A DNA stretch of 64,000 nt from Asterias rubens (Eukaryota): positions 13,764,001 to 13,828,000 of the forward strand of contig NC_047076.1 in assembly GCF_902459465.1 (NCBI RefSeq), read 5' to 3'. Below the pieces are notes generated by a model, which worked only from the letters and a program-made list of their open reading frames with translations, searched no databases and was not told the DNA's origin. The translations under genes and the position numbers were made by a program. The stretch's first letter is position 1, and each line of letters begins with the position of its first letter. Positions 49,248 to 62,800 of this stretch are shown here, piece by piece.

Positions 49248-51628
49248 TCATTTTATCACAGCATGCAAAAGAAAGATCTCATTTTCCTTTGTGCCGGTAA
49301 CTCCTCAAGCCGGGCTACGTCCCGTAGCCTTAGATCTCAAGGGTCTTTCTCAGNNNNNNNNNNNNNNNNNNNNNNNNNNNNNNNNNNNNNNNNNNNNNNN
49401 NNNNNNNNNNNNNNNNNNNNNNNNNNNNNNNNNNNNNNNNNNNNNNNNNNNNNNNNNNNNNNNNNNNNNNNNNNNNNNNNNNNNNNNNNNNNNNNNNNNN
49501 NNNNNNNNNNNNNNNNNNNNNNNNNNNNNNNNNNNNNNNNNNNNNNNNNNNNNNNNNNNNNNNNNNNNNNNNNNNNNNNNNNNNNNNNNNNNNNNNNNNN
49601 NNNNNNNNNNNNNNNNNNNNNNNNNNNNNNNNNNNNNNNNNNNNNNNNNNNNNNNNNNNNNNNNNNNNNNNNNNNNNNNNNNNNNNNNNNNNNNNNNNNN
49701 NNNNNNNNNNNNNNNNNNNNNNNNNNNNNNNNNNNNNNNNNNNNNNNNNNNNNNNGCCTTTGTACAAATCAAACGCTGGAAATATCCATCACAATGTTAA
49801 CTCACCTCTTCGAGTTTGTTGACATATCTCATGAGTCGAGCAAGACGCAGCAGTCTTAGAATCCCTAAGATCTTGGCCAATCTAATTAGACAACAATAAG
49901 AAACTTATAAGTAGGATTTTAAACTTGGTGCATGGTGGAAGTATAACTAAGAGAGATTTGCAGTAACACCATGTGGAAATCTCTTTTGAGTAGTGTTGGT
50001 TCTGAAAAGAACCAGTGGTTAACGACTCAACGTTTCGATCAGTATACTCTGATTGACTTCAGGAGATAATAAATTCACTTCTAATCATTAATTTAAAAAG
50101 TTTGTAATTTGGCAAGAGGAGGTGGTAGAGGGACAGAGCAGCATGCTGTGAAATATAGTTTAGTACAACTGTCTCTACACCAGGGCAAAGTTGTATAAAG
50201 CTGTTAGGCAGAAAATACTGCTTAGTATTTTATTTGCTAAGCCAGAAATGACTGTATAATGACGGTATAACTGTCTCTCCACCAGGGCCCAATTTATAAA
50301 ACTGTTTAGCAGCAAAAACTGCTTAGCAATTTGTTTGCTAAGCCAGAAATGATGGTGTTATGACGGTATAATCATCTTTACACCAGGGTCATATTGTATG
50401 AAGCTGCTAGGCAGAAAATACTGCTAATCAAATTATTTTCCCAGCCAGAAATTTGTTTGGCACCAGTCGCAACAATGAAAACTTTATGGAATGCTGGCTG
50501 GTAACCTGTTTCTGCTGAAAGATTTTCCTGTGCTTAGCATTTTTTTGTGCTTTCAGGCTTATTGAAATAAGGCTCATGGCTCAATTGTATAAATCTTTGT
50601 AGCAGAAAGTGCTGCTTAACAAATTTCTTCGCTAAGCCAAAATTGAGTGGGGCACCAATCGCAACAATGTAAACTTTGGGATTGTTGGCTGGTGTTTTTG
50701 CTAAGCAAGATTTGATTGTGCTTAGCAGGGTTTTGTGCTTACAGGCTTTACGGGGGTGGGGGGGGGGGGGAGGATAACCTACCGGAATACGCGGAGTGTT
50801 AGTGCAGTGGAGTCCGATGTATATCCCTCAGTACCATTTATGAAGATGTAGATGTAATCAAATGGAAACGATGAGATCAAATCAGGAAGGAACCAAGCTT
50901 TTAAATATTTGCCAGCGATTTTTCTTCGTATTATGATCACCTTGAGTAGACAACAAAACAAAAACATCAAGTTACATTTGATTGAACTATGATAGTAATG
51001 ATGATGATGATGATGATTATTGTTATTATTATTATCATTATTTCTAATTAATGTTTTTCTTTTGTACACCAAGCCTACATACCCGTTCGTTCTTTTGATC
51101 GATAATTCCAGTAAAGAAATTAAGACAAATATCAATCATGAAGAAACTGTCCGTGAAGCAGTTTGCTACGGTCCAAGATGCTGAGAATTGATCACTGTAG
51201 AAAGCGATGTTGATTGGTAGAATAATCAACGTGATGCACATCAATAGAACCATCCACATGTCCCAACACCAACTGAAATAACAAATGGATTGTATTCATT
51301 AATGTCACGAAAATATGTTATACATGCTTACAATAATTTTTTGTGGCTTGTTACTCATTTCTCAAAAACTCCAGCGCCACAGCAAGCTTTCTCTACCATC
51401 ATTATTTTCAGACTGTGTGAGTTTAATGTGTAGCTGCTAAGCACGAAATGGGTGGGGCACCAATCACAAGAATGCAAACTTTATGGAATTTTTTTCTTGT
51501 AACCCGTTTCTGCTAAGCGATAGTTTTTCTGTGCTTGTTTTTGTGCTTACTTTATGAAATTGGGCCCTGTATGTGTGTTACAGTTCCTTGAATGAAGAGA
51601 AGGTGTTTTAATTGTTTTTACTACAACT

Positions 51629-51667
<39 letters not shown>

Positions 51668-52409
51668 TAATCAACACCATCAATAGTATTTACGAACCGA
51701 AAAATACTGAGTGGATGAATGACAAAATGGCGGAATTTCTGCTGCCGAAGTTGCTCATCTTTGAGTGCTTTATCGCTACGGTAAATTCTCTTGACAAATC
51801 CTTGGTTTGAGGCACGGAATAAAGTCCATTTACGGGGTTTGTTCATGGGTTTCATCTTGACTCCCATAGCGGCCAGGACGTCACTCGCAAGACCTGAGTC
51901 ATATCAAGGATTTTAATAATGGAAAATAAGTTTACTGTTTAGACATTTATTCCAATATTGGCAACAACAAACAAAAGCATCAAATGCAATTCAAGCATTA
52001 TACATTCTCCATCATCAATTGAAACACAATTAAAACATGGCTAACTACCAACATGAAGGGAAAATTTGAAGTTACCCTGGGACAGACTAGACAAAAACAG
52101 ACTGACAGATGAGACCAGCCAGATAAGTCAATAGGTTCATGAGTATTTTATTTTTGCATTTCCAAATATATTGGCAAAACAGGGAGACTGCTAACATAGG
52201 CGTAGATAGCTCAGTTGGTAGACCGCCGGTGGGAAATTTAAAAGCGCGTTAGTTCAAATCTCGCTCTGGTAATTTTTCTATTGGTTCAACCCCAAATAAT
52301 TTCATTACAAAATCTTTCTGATATAAATTTCCAGATAAATATTCCTCAACAACTAACCCGCTGATTTTCTGTCCGATATCACATTGACTGCCTTCAATTC
52401 CTCCGCCAT
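44062..52409 (-). CDS. Hyperpolarization-activated cyclic nucleotide-gated (HCN)-family channel, divergent GFG-filter type, 549 aa, 11 coding exons
   Basis: Exons 52409-52358, 51893-51698, 51272-51083, 50940-50783, 49881-49806, 49056-48907, 48552-48334, 47441-47295, 46334-46094, 45450-45355 and 44186-44062 (1650 nt, all phases fit). Motifs: IHPLSIFR, S4 KILGILRLLRLARLMRY, pore AISHMLGIGFG, C-linker QVKEYM, CNBD FGEIALL...RRVASV. The first exon is the least certain. Confidence 0.92.
49178..49246. repeat. (ATT)n microsatellite, probably a SINE tail
   Basis: Follows aaagcgctatataaatg, the 3' motif seen on other SINE copies in the window. Confidence 0.9.
49354..49755. other. Assembly gap (402 N) inside HCN intron 5
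   Basis: Run of N. The flanking exons (…KLEE | IFSVEG…) join in frame, so no coding exon appears to be lost. Confidence 0.99.
51622..51666. repeat. (AAC)n microsatellite in HCN intron 2
   Basis: Directly visible. Confidence 0.95.
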
Positions 52410-52725
52410 CGTGAATCGGAATAAAAGCTACCTCAGATCAAAGTTACTTCAAATCACTTGCTCCCATTATGGAAGGTTTGAGTCAAAAAATCTAGAAGTT
52501 GACCATAAATGATGCCTTGTTTGAACGGGAAAACCACTGCCGTCCGCACCAGCAGTGTGACCCAAAAGAATTGTAGCCGTAGTGCACAAACAAACACCTT
52601 ATAAACTATGCAACGCACAGACTTTATGTCGACAAACAAAGTAAACGAACATTCACGCAACCGCGCGTTGCTACCAACTCAGACGCGCATCACTGAAATA
52701 CCATTCATGACGACATACATATTAA

Positions 52726-52733
52726 TGACGTCA
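52726..52733. promoter_or_regulatory. Perfect CRE palindrome upstream of the HCN start codon
   Basis: TGACGTCA inside aATGACGTCATa, about 320 bp upstream of the ATG at 52409. Function is not shown. Confidence 0.4.
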
Positions 52734-55700
52734 TAATGGAAAGACTGAGTCGCATTTTTCTAAAGATTTGGGGAATAACTTTGGACTGTTAACATAAAAT
52801 GAATGAAAACATTTGTTGAAATTGAAACTCGAGTTAGCAAGCGGTAATGCCGGCATGTCACATGCCGGCATGCGTCCAAAACCGGCATTTTGACGAGACA
52901 AAATATGACATTTAATTGAAATCGTTTGAAGAAGGGTTATGGTCAAATAGGTTTTTCTCAAGTTATGTTCATTTTGACGCAGGATAAAACGAATGAACTT
53001 TGAATGGATTTTGTTAATTCATTGTTGTTCCTTCCTCTATGCATGTCCTTAATAAACCACGGACGAAGGAGGAATTTAAGCTCTCGTCAGCGCAATGCCT
53101 TTCCGAACTTCGCTTCATCAATACACTACAGCACCTTAACTCTCTACTTATCTCGTTCGTGGGTTCATAGCCTGGAGCATGGAGTAGAGCAGGTTGGGGG
53201 TAGAAATCTATACCTCCATGATTGGATTAAACACGGTAGAAAGCTTATCTTCAACCGAAAACACAGCCATAGAACGAACGACCCTTGAAATTTGATTTAG
53301 TAGTCTGATTACACGCTATTTATTTATGAAAAATTACCGATTATTTTCGAAAGTCAGTCACCGAGTCGGTCCATACAATGCGGTAGAACCCCATCTGGTC
53401 AATATTAATAGACGAGATTTCAGCTGAACACTACCACGGTCTGACCGTGAAGGTGACCGTGAAGGTAATCTTTTTTTCACAGGAATCGGGTAAGTACTGA
53501 GTACACAATGTGCTAACACAGAATGAAACGCACATCGAAGCACGGGTAAAGAAATGTTTTTATTAATATTTATTTCAGAAAACTCGGTTCATGGGTTGTT
53601 GTAAAGTTGTGTGTATAACTCCCAAGTTTAATGTTATAAACCCATCGCTCAGACAAGTTCCTTATCGGTTTCAAAGTCTAAAAGGTCCTAAGCTATCCGG
53701 AAGCATCTAAATCACTTAACCAGATCGTCGAATTCTTAGCATGGCGTTGGTAGCTCATTAGCAATTCCCAGTATCCCCAGTCTGTACGGGAACTCCACAC
53801 AGTGACTACAGCTAGCAATAGGCGTGACCTAATCATCTGTTTATCTCTGACGTCAGCAGCTACTTTAACCAATCAGATACCTCTGGGTGAAAGTGGTCAC
53901 CAACTAAGTCCTTGAGGGTTTTGAAGTCCCTGTGGATAGTTGTGTTAATTTCATTATATTGGCAAAGGATGTGGGTATAGCATTAGAAGTAAGCTCCATG
54001 GTGGTAGTTTATAGCATCATTGCTTGGTGGTGAAAGCGTCTTGCTCAGCATTGATTAGTGAATTGAAAACAAGACAAAGTGACGAACGATCCTTCAACTG
54101 GAACAACTGAAGTAAAGGAGAAGAAAAGGGTCTACGTTTCATTGTACAAGGTAATGAAACTTATTTTTGTACTATACTAATTACACATACTTGCACCGCT
54201 GCCTTGAAGTTTATTGTTTTGCAAAGGGGTTTTTTTTTCGGAGTGAATAATTCGACTGCCTTGAGCAAGGATACGGATATTGTGGAAAACACAGTTTTTG
54301 CTCCCATTTACAACAATATAAGTATACGTATGTATAAGCCTGTTGCCGGCCTGTAGATGCTATTTTTTCAAAGTGAAAGGTTTTCATAATTCCTAATTAT
54401 TTAGGCAACACTTTATTTGTTCTTTTAACCTTCCGATTCAGAAAAACAAACGCAATGGTTTTATACCTATGTCCATACTGTGTGTATTATCGCTCCATGG
54501 TATTATAATCTAAGAGTGTAGGCCTATGTTATGATGACACAGTAAACTGTTAGTGTTAGTTATAATTTCATATTCAGCATGCAAGGATTTGGTTATTTGC
54601 ACCACGTGACACGCTAAAAGGGTCGAGAGGGGTGTTATTATATGATTTCATGACTGGCAAAGGTCCAGAGTAAACTAGTTTCCAGTCTGTTCATTATTTA
54701 TAGCACACACAGAGCACCGACCGATCCCATCTCTGTGCCGGCCGGCACTCCGCCGTGCCCTGTCGGTGCCTCGCTCGGGGCGTTACGGCCCCATCACCCA
54801 CCCCCGAAACAACTCTGTCAAATCCATTACCCTTTCTCGGTAAATCTGATGATGATGACGATTTGACGATAGGTCTCGTGTTTTCCTTGAACCTTGTAAG
54901 GTCATGTAGAAATATCCTCGAGCAAAAGGTTAGCAAAATGGTTACACTTAATTCCAGACGTCCCTAAAACCATGGAGGTAGAAAACATTGTTTTGCTGCG
55001 GCCAGAGGCACGAGTGGTTTTAGATATCAATTCCCGACAAATTTCCTTTGTTAATTTAGTTGGTTTGCCATCATTTTCATACCACTACATGATTTCAGAC
55101 AGATTCAACCATGATTCAAATGTGCTTCCAAATAAACGGATGTAACTTTTGATGGACACGGCTCATGTTGTTAACATAGCAGGGATGCTACCCACCTGTT
55201 GTCATGTGACAAAACACCTGTTGTTGTTTAGTTTAATTTAACTCAGTTTATTGACGTGTAAAAAGACTTTTGATTATCAGCTATTGTATCTGCTTCGATG
55301 GGTTTGTTAATTGTTTTAAAAAGGGAGTTGTTTTCTGGGCGATTATCTAATCAGTGGGTGAATTGGTTTTTGTCATCACACCAGAGTAAATGAAGCATGT
55401 ACTTGAGAGTAACGACTTGGGACGTCTTAAGATAATAGCTCGTTACCATACCTTCTTACGCCTTGGTCCGCTGGCTGTATTTTTTGTTCGGTATGCCATG
55501 ATGCTTACATTGGCAGTCTCACTAATTTGGCCCAAAACCGGCTGCGCCCACCACACTACAGACTAGGCCCCTGTATTTATCCTCCAGGTGTGACGTCAGA
55601 TGTTCAGGCTACGCCCACACCGGCTTTATTGTTCCATTCTTACACCCGACACAAATCCATTATAAACGCTTGGAAATAATTATAACATTTGAATTTTATT

Positions 55701-57682
55701 TTTATTTTATTTGATTGAATTCATCATCATGCGTTTGTGATTATTAAAAATCTTTAAACAATAACCTGATGTTTATTAGGCCTTATCATTTCTTCCTCCA
55801 TGGCCTAATATTTTTAAGAATCAAAGCAAAACATGCATTGATTTACTAATACAACCTCTGAAAGCAAACTGTTTACAAGGGAAAACTTTTAAAACGAAAG
55901 TAGTTGGTCCACCGAGATGTTCATAATGTATTGTTTCTTTCATTTGAATCTAAACGCATTGCTGGTTGCGAGAGTGTACCAGCCTCCGATATCACTGGCA
56001 GCCAGAGTCGTTGGCGAAATGGCGACGATAATGGGCGGTCATGGACCCCCGGATTGTAATTTAACGCTTGGGGACAATCTTCGCTTATCTTCATACCGTG
56101 GACACACTTTGAAAACAAATAATTGTCATCAGAGGTACTATCCAGTAACCGTTGTGTAACATCCCCCGAAGCGGAAGATTGTGCTGGGTGATGAGGGTGA
56201 AGATGATGGGTCGAGATGGAGAGTTGGCGTGACAAGTTTTCCTCCACCAGCGGCAATTTTTAGTTTAGTCATGGTGTCACCGTTGAGGAACTTAGTTTGG
56301 AGTCGTAGCTGCTCACTGTCTGTCGCCAGTTCATAAAAACTTCGTGGTTGTGCTTAATTTGTGATTATTTGGCGGGAACATTAATCTGTCCGCTCAATGG
56401 AGGCGAAAAGTTCAGCAGACGTTACTTTTAGAATTGACACTTTTGGGTGGAAGGGGATTTTAAATTCGAAAAGAAACAGAGGTTAATTGTGCAGCGACTG
56501 CCTTTACTGTCGTGATCATTTCAGGTATAAAAGTCTTGCCTTGTCTTTCGTAAACCTTGTCAAAGTTAAACGGGGAAAAAACACCACTTTATGCTCCCGT
56601 TCCATCCAACAAGGAGCCAAAACTTGGTAAAAACGCCCTCTATCGGCTTCACACACGAAGGCTTAACTTGGACGATCTCAAAAAAACATGTGGTAAAGTA
56701 TCTTTCCGCGTCTTCGCATCACTTGATTTGAGCATTTTGAGCGTCACTTTTAACTCTAAACAAGCTGCAGTGATGTTATTATAACTTATATTTTACCTTT
56801 TTATTATTATCTGCGTCATTTAAAGAGGTTGCAAAATACATTTTTGTGTGTGCTGTTTGTTCAAAGTTCTTTGAATTTTACCTGCACTGCTCTGTTTACG
56901 ACAGGTGGTACAATTAACCCCTACTTATAAAATGGTATAATCCGTTTAACCACAACTGACGAATGGATGTCGGAAGTTTGGTTTCCTCGCAAAAGGGTTC
57001 GTTACCTAGCCACATTTACCACTGTTTTAACATACTTTGGGATTTGCAGTTACTGGTTTCCTCTTCATATGGATCTTTGTAACATTTTGGAATAAGATGG
57101 AGGATAGAGTCGAAGTGTTTCAGTCAGAATTCTGGTGAGTTTGACGTGCATATGTGTGAACGAAGATGTGATTTTTGTGTTGTCTTAAAAATACAATTCT
57201 ACACACACCGACTGTTTAGCTCATTGACGCAACGAATTTTTGTAGGAATTCGTTTTTCCTTACTACGAATAGTGATTATTTGAATGAATGGCCGTGCTTA
57301 ATTGTTTGACCATCCAATGTAAACCTATTTTGAGCTCTTCACAGAAACACCTCATTCATAATTTGTGTGCAAATTGAGTGATTTATTTTGTGTTTTTCTT
57401 GGTAGACACACCGACTGATTGTGAAACTGGCTGGACCGGGTACAAAAGTACAAGGACTTATTGTCCGTGAAAAAGGAGCAACCCGTGTGTGTGACTCAGC
57501 GGTAAAGAACGCCTGAACAACCCACCAGCTTCGTTCATCAAACCATGATCAAACATTCCATCGTGGGACATTAAAAATCAAGTTTATTGTTTTAACTGAA
57601 ACTATGCAGCAGATTAAACATTTCAACCGATGAAACATCAAGACTTTTTGTGAATGTGTTGAGATAGTTTTCCCAAGCCAAG

Positions 57683-57802
57683 ATGAAGGTGACAGTAAGT
57701 TTTGGAGCGGTGCGAGTGGTGGTTCCGTGTGGGAGTGGAGACATTACTGTGACTGAATTGATGGACAAATCGGTACAAAGGTACCGAAAAGCAACAGGCA
57801 GG
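57683..57802 (+). CDS. PARD3: Partitioning-defective 3 (Par-3) first coding exon; the gene continues beyond the window
   Basis: MKVTVSFGAVRVVVPCGSGDITVTELMDKSVQRYRKATGR|gtaagt, compared with recalled human [40 protein letters not shown] (N-terminal CR1 oligomerization domain). Confidence 0.95.
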
Positions 57803-59399
57803 GTAAGTGAAATAGTTTTCAATTAATTACCATAGTTTTCCTGTAAACCACACCCAATAATACAATATTTTTTATATACTTACAATCACTATTTTGAGTA
57901 TCCTCACCATTTGATCGAATTGGAAAGAAAAGAGCTTGTCATATAATTATTGAATTCCACCAAGTTACCCCCAGTCCCTACTCCCAACTTCCGTTGTCAT
58001 CTCCATGTTCGTAGAAACGATAGGCGAGCAAACCTTGGAGTTCTGGAAAAGTACCCACAACTACTATTATTTTAGTAATAGTTAATACTATTATTACCCA
58101 GTCCCCAACAAATATAGCTACCCAAATTTATACAACAGTTCTGCAACCTCGGAATACAGAGTTAGTTTCCTCAAGTCATGGTTTCCTCAAAGGCATTTTG
58201 GCGGGTAAAAATTGCCCCTACCTAATCATGGAGGTAAATTAAGCAAGACCACCAAATACCTTGCTACTGAGGTATGAAGAATATTTTATTGGGCATTGAA
58301 CTTGTACCTTGGGTATTTGCAACCTTAATCTCCTCCATTAAATCCATCCCATGTCTGGGATTGAAAGGTTAAAGGTGACTCGGAAGATTGACTGGATACA
58401 AGTTATGGTAATTGAGAGATCACAGGTCAATTGAATAAGTAACTGCCCAACAAAGGTTTAGGTGAAATTACATGAATTGTTTCTATGGCTATTAATATCC
58501 TCTGGATTTACTCCTAGAACTATGATTATGAGAGGTTCGTTCTGTCGTCTCAACCTCAAGGAAGCATAGTAATCTGGATTGACCTTAATAATACTGTGAA
58601 GTCATTTGGTGACTGAGTCAATTTTGCAGTAACTGTTTCCAATTTCCATCCGGAATTCCTAAAATGTTTTGTCAAATTTTGGAGATTCAGCAAGCCCCTA
58701 GGACTGTCTACAAAAGTTCAAAAGATACTCTATTTAAAGTTGTAACCTACCCTGTAACTTTCAGTAGTGGCTTTGCACATACACACATGTATAGAAAACA
58801 AAAATAGCTCAATCAAAGACTTTATTTGTCAATGAAATAAAATCTGAGTTTTTTTAAATTCTAGCTTATAATACAAAAATTCAGAGCGCAATATGGTTGG
58901 GAGTTGGAACCAAGTTGGTCCTGAAGGTTTCACAGTTGCGTTTTAGAGAGCATTTGGACTATAAAAACTAGCCTATGAGTGTGTAGGGCCCCATAGGTCT
59001 TGTCTTCATTTCTTTGCAAACTTAATGACAACGTTTTCTCATTAGTTTATACTGCAAACCAATATAATAACCAGAAATTTTACTGACCAACAAGTTGATG
59101 TGAGTCTATTATGCATTGACCAGGGGTCAAAGTTAAGCTGTGAGTATGGTTGATTAGAACAGAGGTTGTTTGTTTCCACATTCAGACTAGACTAAAACTC
59201 CCTTGTGACATCAGGCTAAGTGGATCTATTAACAAGCAAAGTCTACTTTATTCCATAATCTGGAGCCAATTTCACTCAAATTTAACAGCGATTGGCTTAC
59301 AATTTGGCAGAAAATTTTACTCTAAAGGGAAATTTCCTATTGTAGTAACATAGGCCTACAGTATGTTGAACAGCCTTGTACATTTTGTTTTCTAACATC

Positions 59400-59858
59400 T
59401 GGTCCAAATTTCATGGCTCTGCTTACCGGGTCGCGGTGTAAGCAAATAATCTGGTCCAAATTTCATGGCTCTGCTTACCGTCAAATTTTGTGCTGACGAT
59501 CACAATTCCCTGCTTACACGCAAGCGCTGAATTTCTGCGCTAGCCTTGTAGGCCACTTACCCGCGAAATACGCTTGTAGTAAGCACAGAATTCCCTGCTT
59601 CTGTAAGTGCCGATTCTGTGCTTACTGTAAGCAGATCCATGAAGTTGGGCCAAGCTCTTACAGAAGCAGGGAATTCTGCATTATACCAAGCGTTTTTCGC
59701 GAGTTTGCAGCAATTTTTGCTTTTGCGTGCGTAGTCCACATTATTACTAGGCATTCTTAACTCACATACCAAGCTGGCATGAAACTTTGCGCTCGCCCTG
59801 TAAGCGAAGAATGACGATTGCAGAATTAAACGGTAAGCAGAGCCATGAAATTGGGCCC
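59400..59858. mobile_element. Harbinger-type MITE (ggcccaatttcatggctctgcttacc family) with a duplicated left TIR
   Basis: TIRs gtccaaatttcatggctctgcttaccg / cggtaagcagagccatgaaattgggcc, flanked by ctg. The left TIR is repeated about 52 nt apart. Confidence 0.75.
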
Positions 59859-62800
59859 TGCTGTATCCACTGGTGTCATTTTATGCACTATTGAGCTTCA
59901 ACTTAATAAACCAAATGAGTACAACCTCCACCATTCAGTGTACTTTTTGATTACATTTTGCATGGTACATGTAACACATGTGTCTGATATTTTTTTAGTT
60001 GGGAACACAAAATAATAAGGAGTAGGTTCTGCTTGAGCAGTGTTCACAGTTCAGTGGAAGGATCTCGTGAGAAATCGTTCCTCATGAAATTACTCTCGGC
60101 AGGAATAAGAATTTTATTAAATCCTGTCTGCTGGATGCACAAACACCGTCAAGCATTTAGGTTATTTCTTTTTAGCTTTCCTGTTATTTCTGAGTATGTA
60201 CATGTTATAGAAACTTAAGGTAAATAATGTAAAAAATAGGCTAGTTGTACCAGGTTTTCATTGCCAGTACATATCCAACATGTTAAAACCAGGGCCTAAT
60301 TTCATAGAGCTGCTTTGAAATAAAGCAGATAATATTGCTTAACAATTGTCTGCTAAGCAGAAATGAGCAGTATACCAGTCACAAGTTGTACTTGCGACAT
60401 TTTAGTAAAACTGGTAACCGTATTCTGGTTAGCATAATTTTGTTATGCTTAGCTACTTTTTGTGCTTAAGCAGCTCTATGAAATTGGGCACAGGGCCCTT
60501 TTTCATAGAGCTGCTAAAAGCATACTTGAAGCTAAGCAAAACAAAATGATGCTAACTAGAACAATGTTACCAGCCAAAGTACAATGTCACATGCACAATT
60601 TGTGACTGGTATCATACTCAATATTGCTAAGCAGGGAAATTTAAAGCAGCTCTACAAAATTGGGCCCAGAATTTGGAAACTAATCATTCAACTAAACCAA
60701 TGGACTGTACAGATATTATTAGTTGTGAAAGATTTTAACCGGCTGCAAGCAAGTATGAATACCTGGATGAATGAAAAGAAGACATTCCTTGTTTTGGATG
60801 AAAAGTTGAATTGTTCAAAGGAATCAAAATCTTAAACCATGGTTGGTTGCGGGTAAATGCTTGCTTCCAGACTAAACAGCATTCTGCAACAACTGTGTTT
60901 TTTCCCACACTTTTGCAGTTTGTCTCAGAACATCGACAACAAAGAAATGTAAACATAAAGAATTATTCTTAGGAATTTTTGTAAACAAAGTCACCAAGGT
61001 TATGTGAGGTCATTATTGGTGTACACTACAAAGTATGCAGAGCTTGTTAGTCGATGGTCCATTGTACAGCAACTGTACATGTGGCACTACACATAATTGT
61101 GTAGGCTTGAGTGTACATAAATCTGAACTAGTGTAGTGAAAACAAAAAAACAGTCATTGTTGGTTGCATTCCTCCATAGGTGTACCAGTGAACGCAATTA
61201 AAATCCATGTGTACTCAAAACATATTTTATCTGTTTTAAAAATGATAAAACACATAAAGGCTGATCTTGATATTTTGTAAAGATTTGTACTTAATGCACA
61301 CAATAAAGAACCAACACACACACACACACACAAAGAGTACATCAACTGAGTAATTTGCAAGGCAAGACACATTTCATGTCTTGGGCCTTCTAGGATGAAG
61401 TTGTGAACGTCAAATTGTTCACACATCTTAAACATGTAACAACAGGGTTCCTGAATACTATAAGCAGCTTTCCAATTACTTGCTACACCTTTTGGTCGAT
61501 GATCAACCAAGCATTGCACCATCCCCAGGGTGTGTCCCATCCCATATCATGAGTCATCCAACCGAAGATGACTTATTAACATTTAACATCTTCCTCCCTA
61601 CGCTGTGTACAAGAAGAGGCTAGTTTACCATCTGTGGTTACTGGGCGTATGATGTGATCTCACCATGAGCTTGAGACATGTGCCAAGTCATTTGTCCTTC
61701 AGTGTTGCAAATTAATAGGTGATGCAATATTGAGAGGTTCCGTTGTCAAAGCATCATCATTCATACAGACCTTGAGTTTCGTTCTTGAAGGAGCGCAGCA
61801 ATTTTTTATCTGGTAAGGGGTACTCTTTGTGAGGAAAATGTAATTTGTATTGGAACTTTGCAAAGGGCACCACAGCAAGGACACAAGGCACCATAGCCCT
61901 TTTTTCCAAATACCAATTACCCCGTGTTAACTGTTGTAATAGGTGCATACTGGTCTAGCTAGCGTCTTAACTTGAGTGCAACATGTAGCTAGACCAGCAT
62001 GCGCTCATTCATTGCCTACAGCAGGCATACCGAGTATTTGCGATAAATGTCTACGGCAATGCTGTTGGTGCTGTGGGTTAATATCGAGGCAATTTTTAGC
62101 AGATTCTTGAGAAACCTTGAATATATGATGGTTGAGACTGTTGCTTAGTCCTTTCTTATTCAAAACTACCTGTTTTTTTTTAAGACTAAAGATTAAATGT
62201 GTTTTTAAAAACCTTTAAGTTTATATTCCTACTGGTAGCCATTCCCAAGGTTGCCACTTATCAGGGCAGGACCAGCATTTTATTTCATCTCATCTCAATT
62301 TCAATAGTGTTGGATGTAGATAATTACCATGTGGAACTGATACAATATTACTATCCATGTACGTGTAGGTTAGACCATAGTGGTCCTTTCTGTATCATGG
62401 TTTCATGGTTTGACTTGACTCGCGTACCGTAGTGGTTTCCTGTTATTGGTACACAGCTGGCTGTGTGAAACTACAACTCTCTGTAAATGCTAATAATTAA
62501 ATGGCTAAGTACTGTACAAAACGATGTTATGAAATTGACATTTACTGTACAGTTTATATATTATTAGAATACTTAAAAGTTTATTCCTTGAAACGATGAC
62601 CCGACACAGTTACACAAGTAGTAGACAACGTAGTTATTTTTCAACCAGGCTTTTTAGAATTGGACTTGCCAACTGACCTTGCATTGTTTTGTTTTTGTTG
62701 AGTTAGTGCGGTTTATGAAAATGAGCACAATATTCTTTTGTGTTTGCGTTGGGTTGGCGAGATTAGAATTGAATGTTTCTTTGTTATTTGAATCAATGGA

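Noticed and set aside
49756-49805. Apparent 30-nt intron and an extra HCN exon (RLICTK) running into the gap
   Set aside because: The flanking exons already join in frame and match HCN colinearly without it.
49113-49859. ORFs of 140-248 aa
   Set aside because: They span the (ATT)n microsatellite and the N gap.
54694-54967. Overlapping ORFs on both strands in a GC-rich patch
   Set aside because: No recognisable product. More consistent with promoter or 5' UTR sequence.
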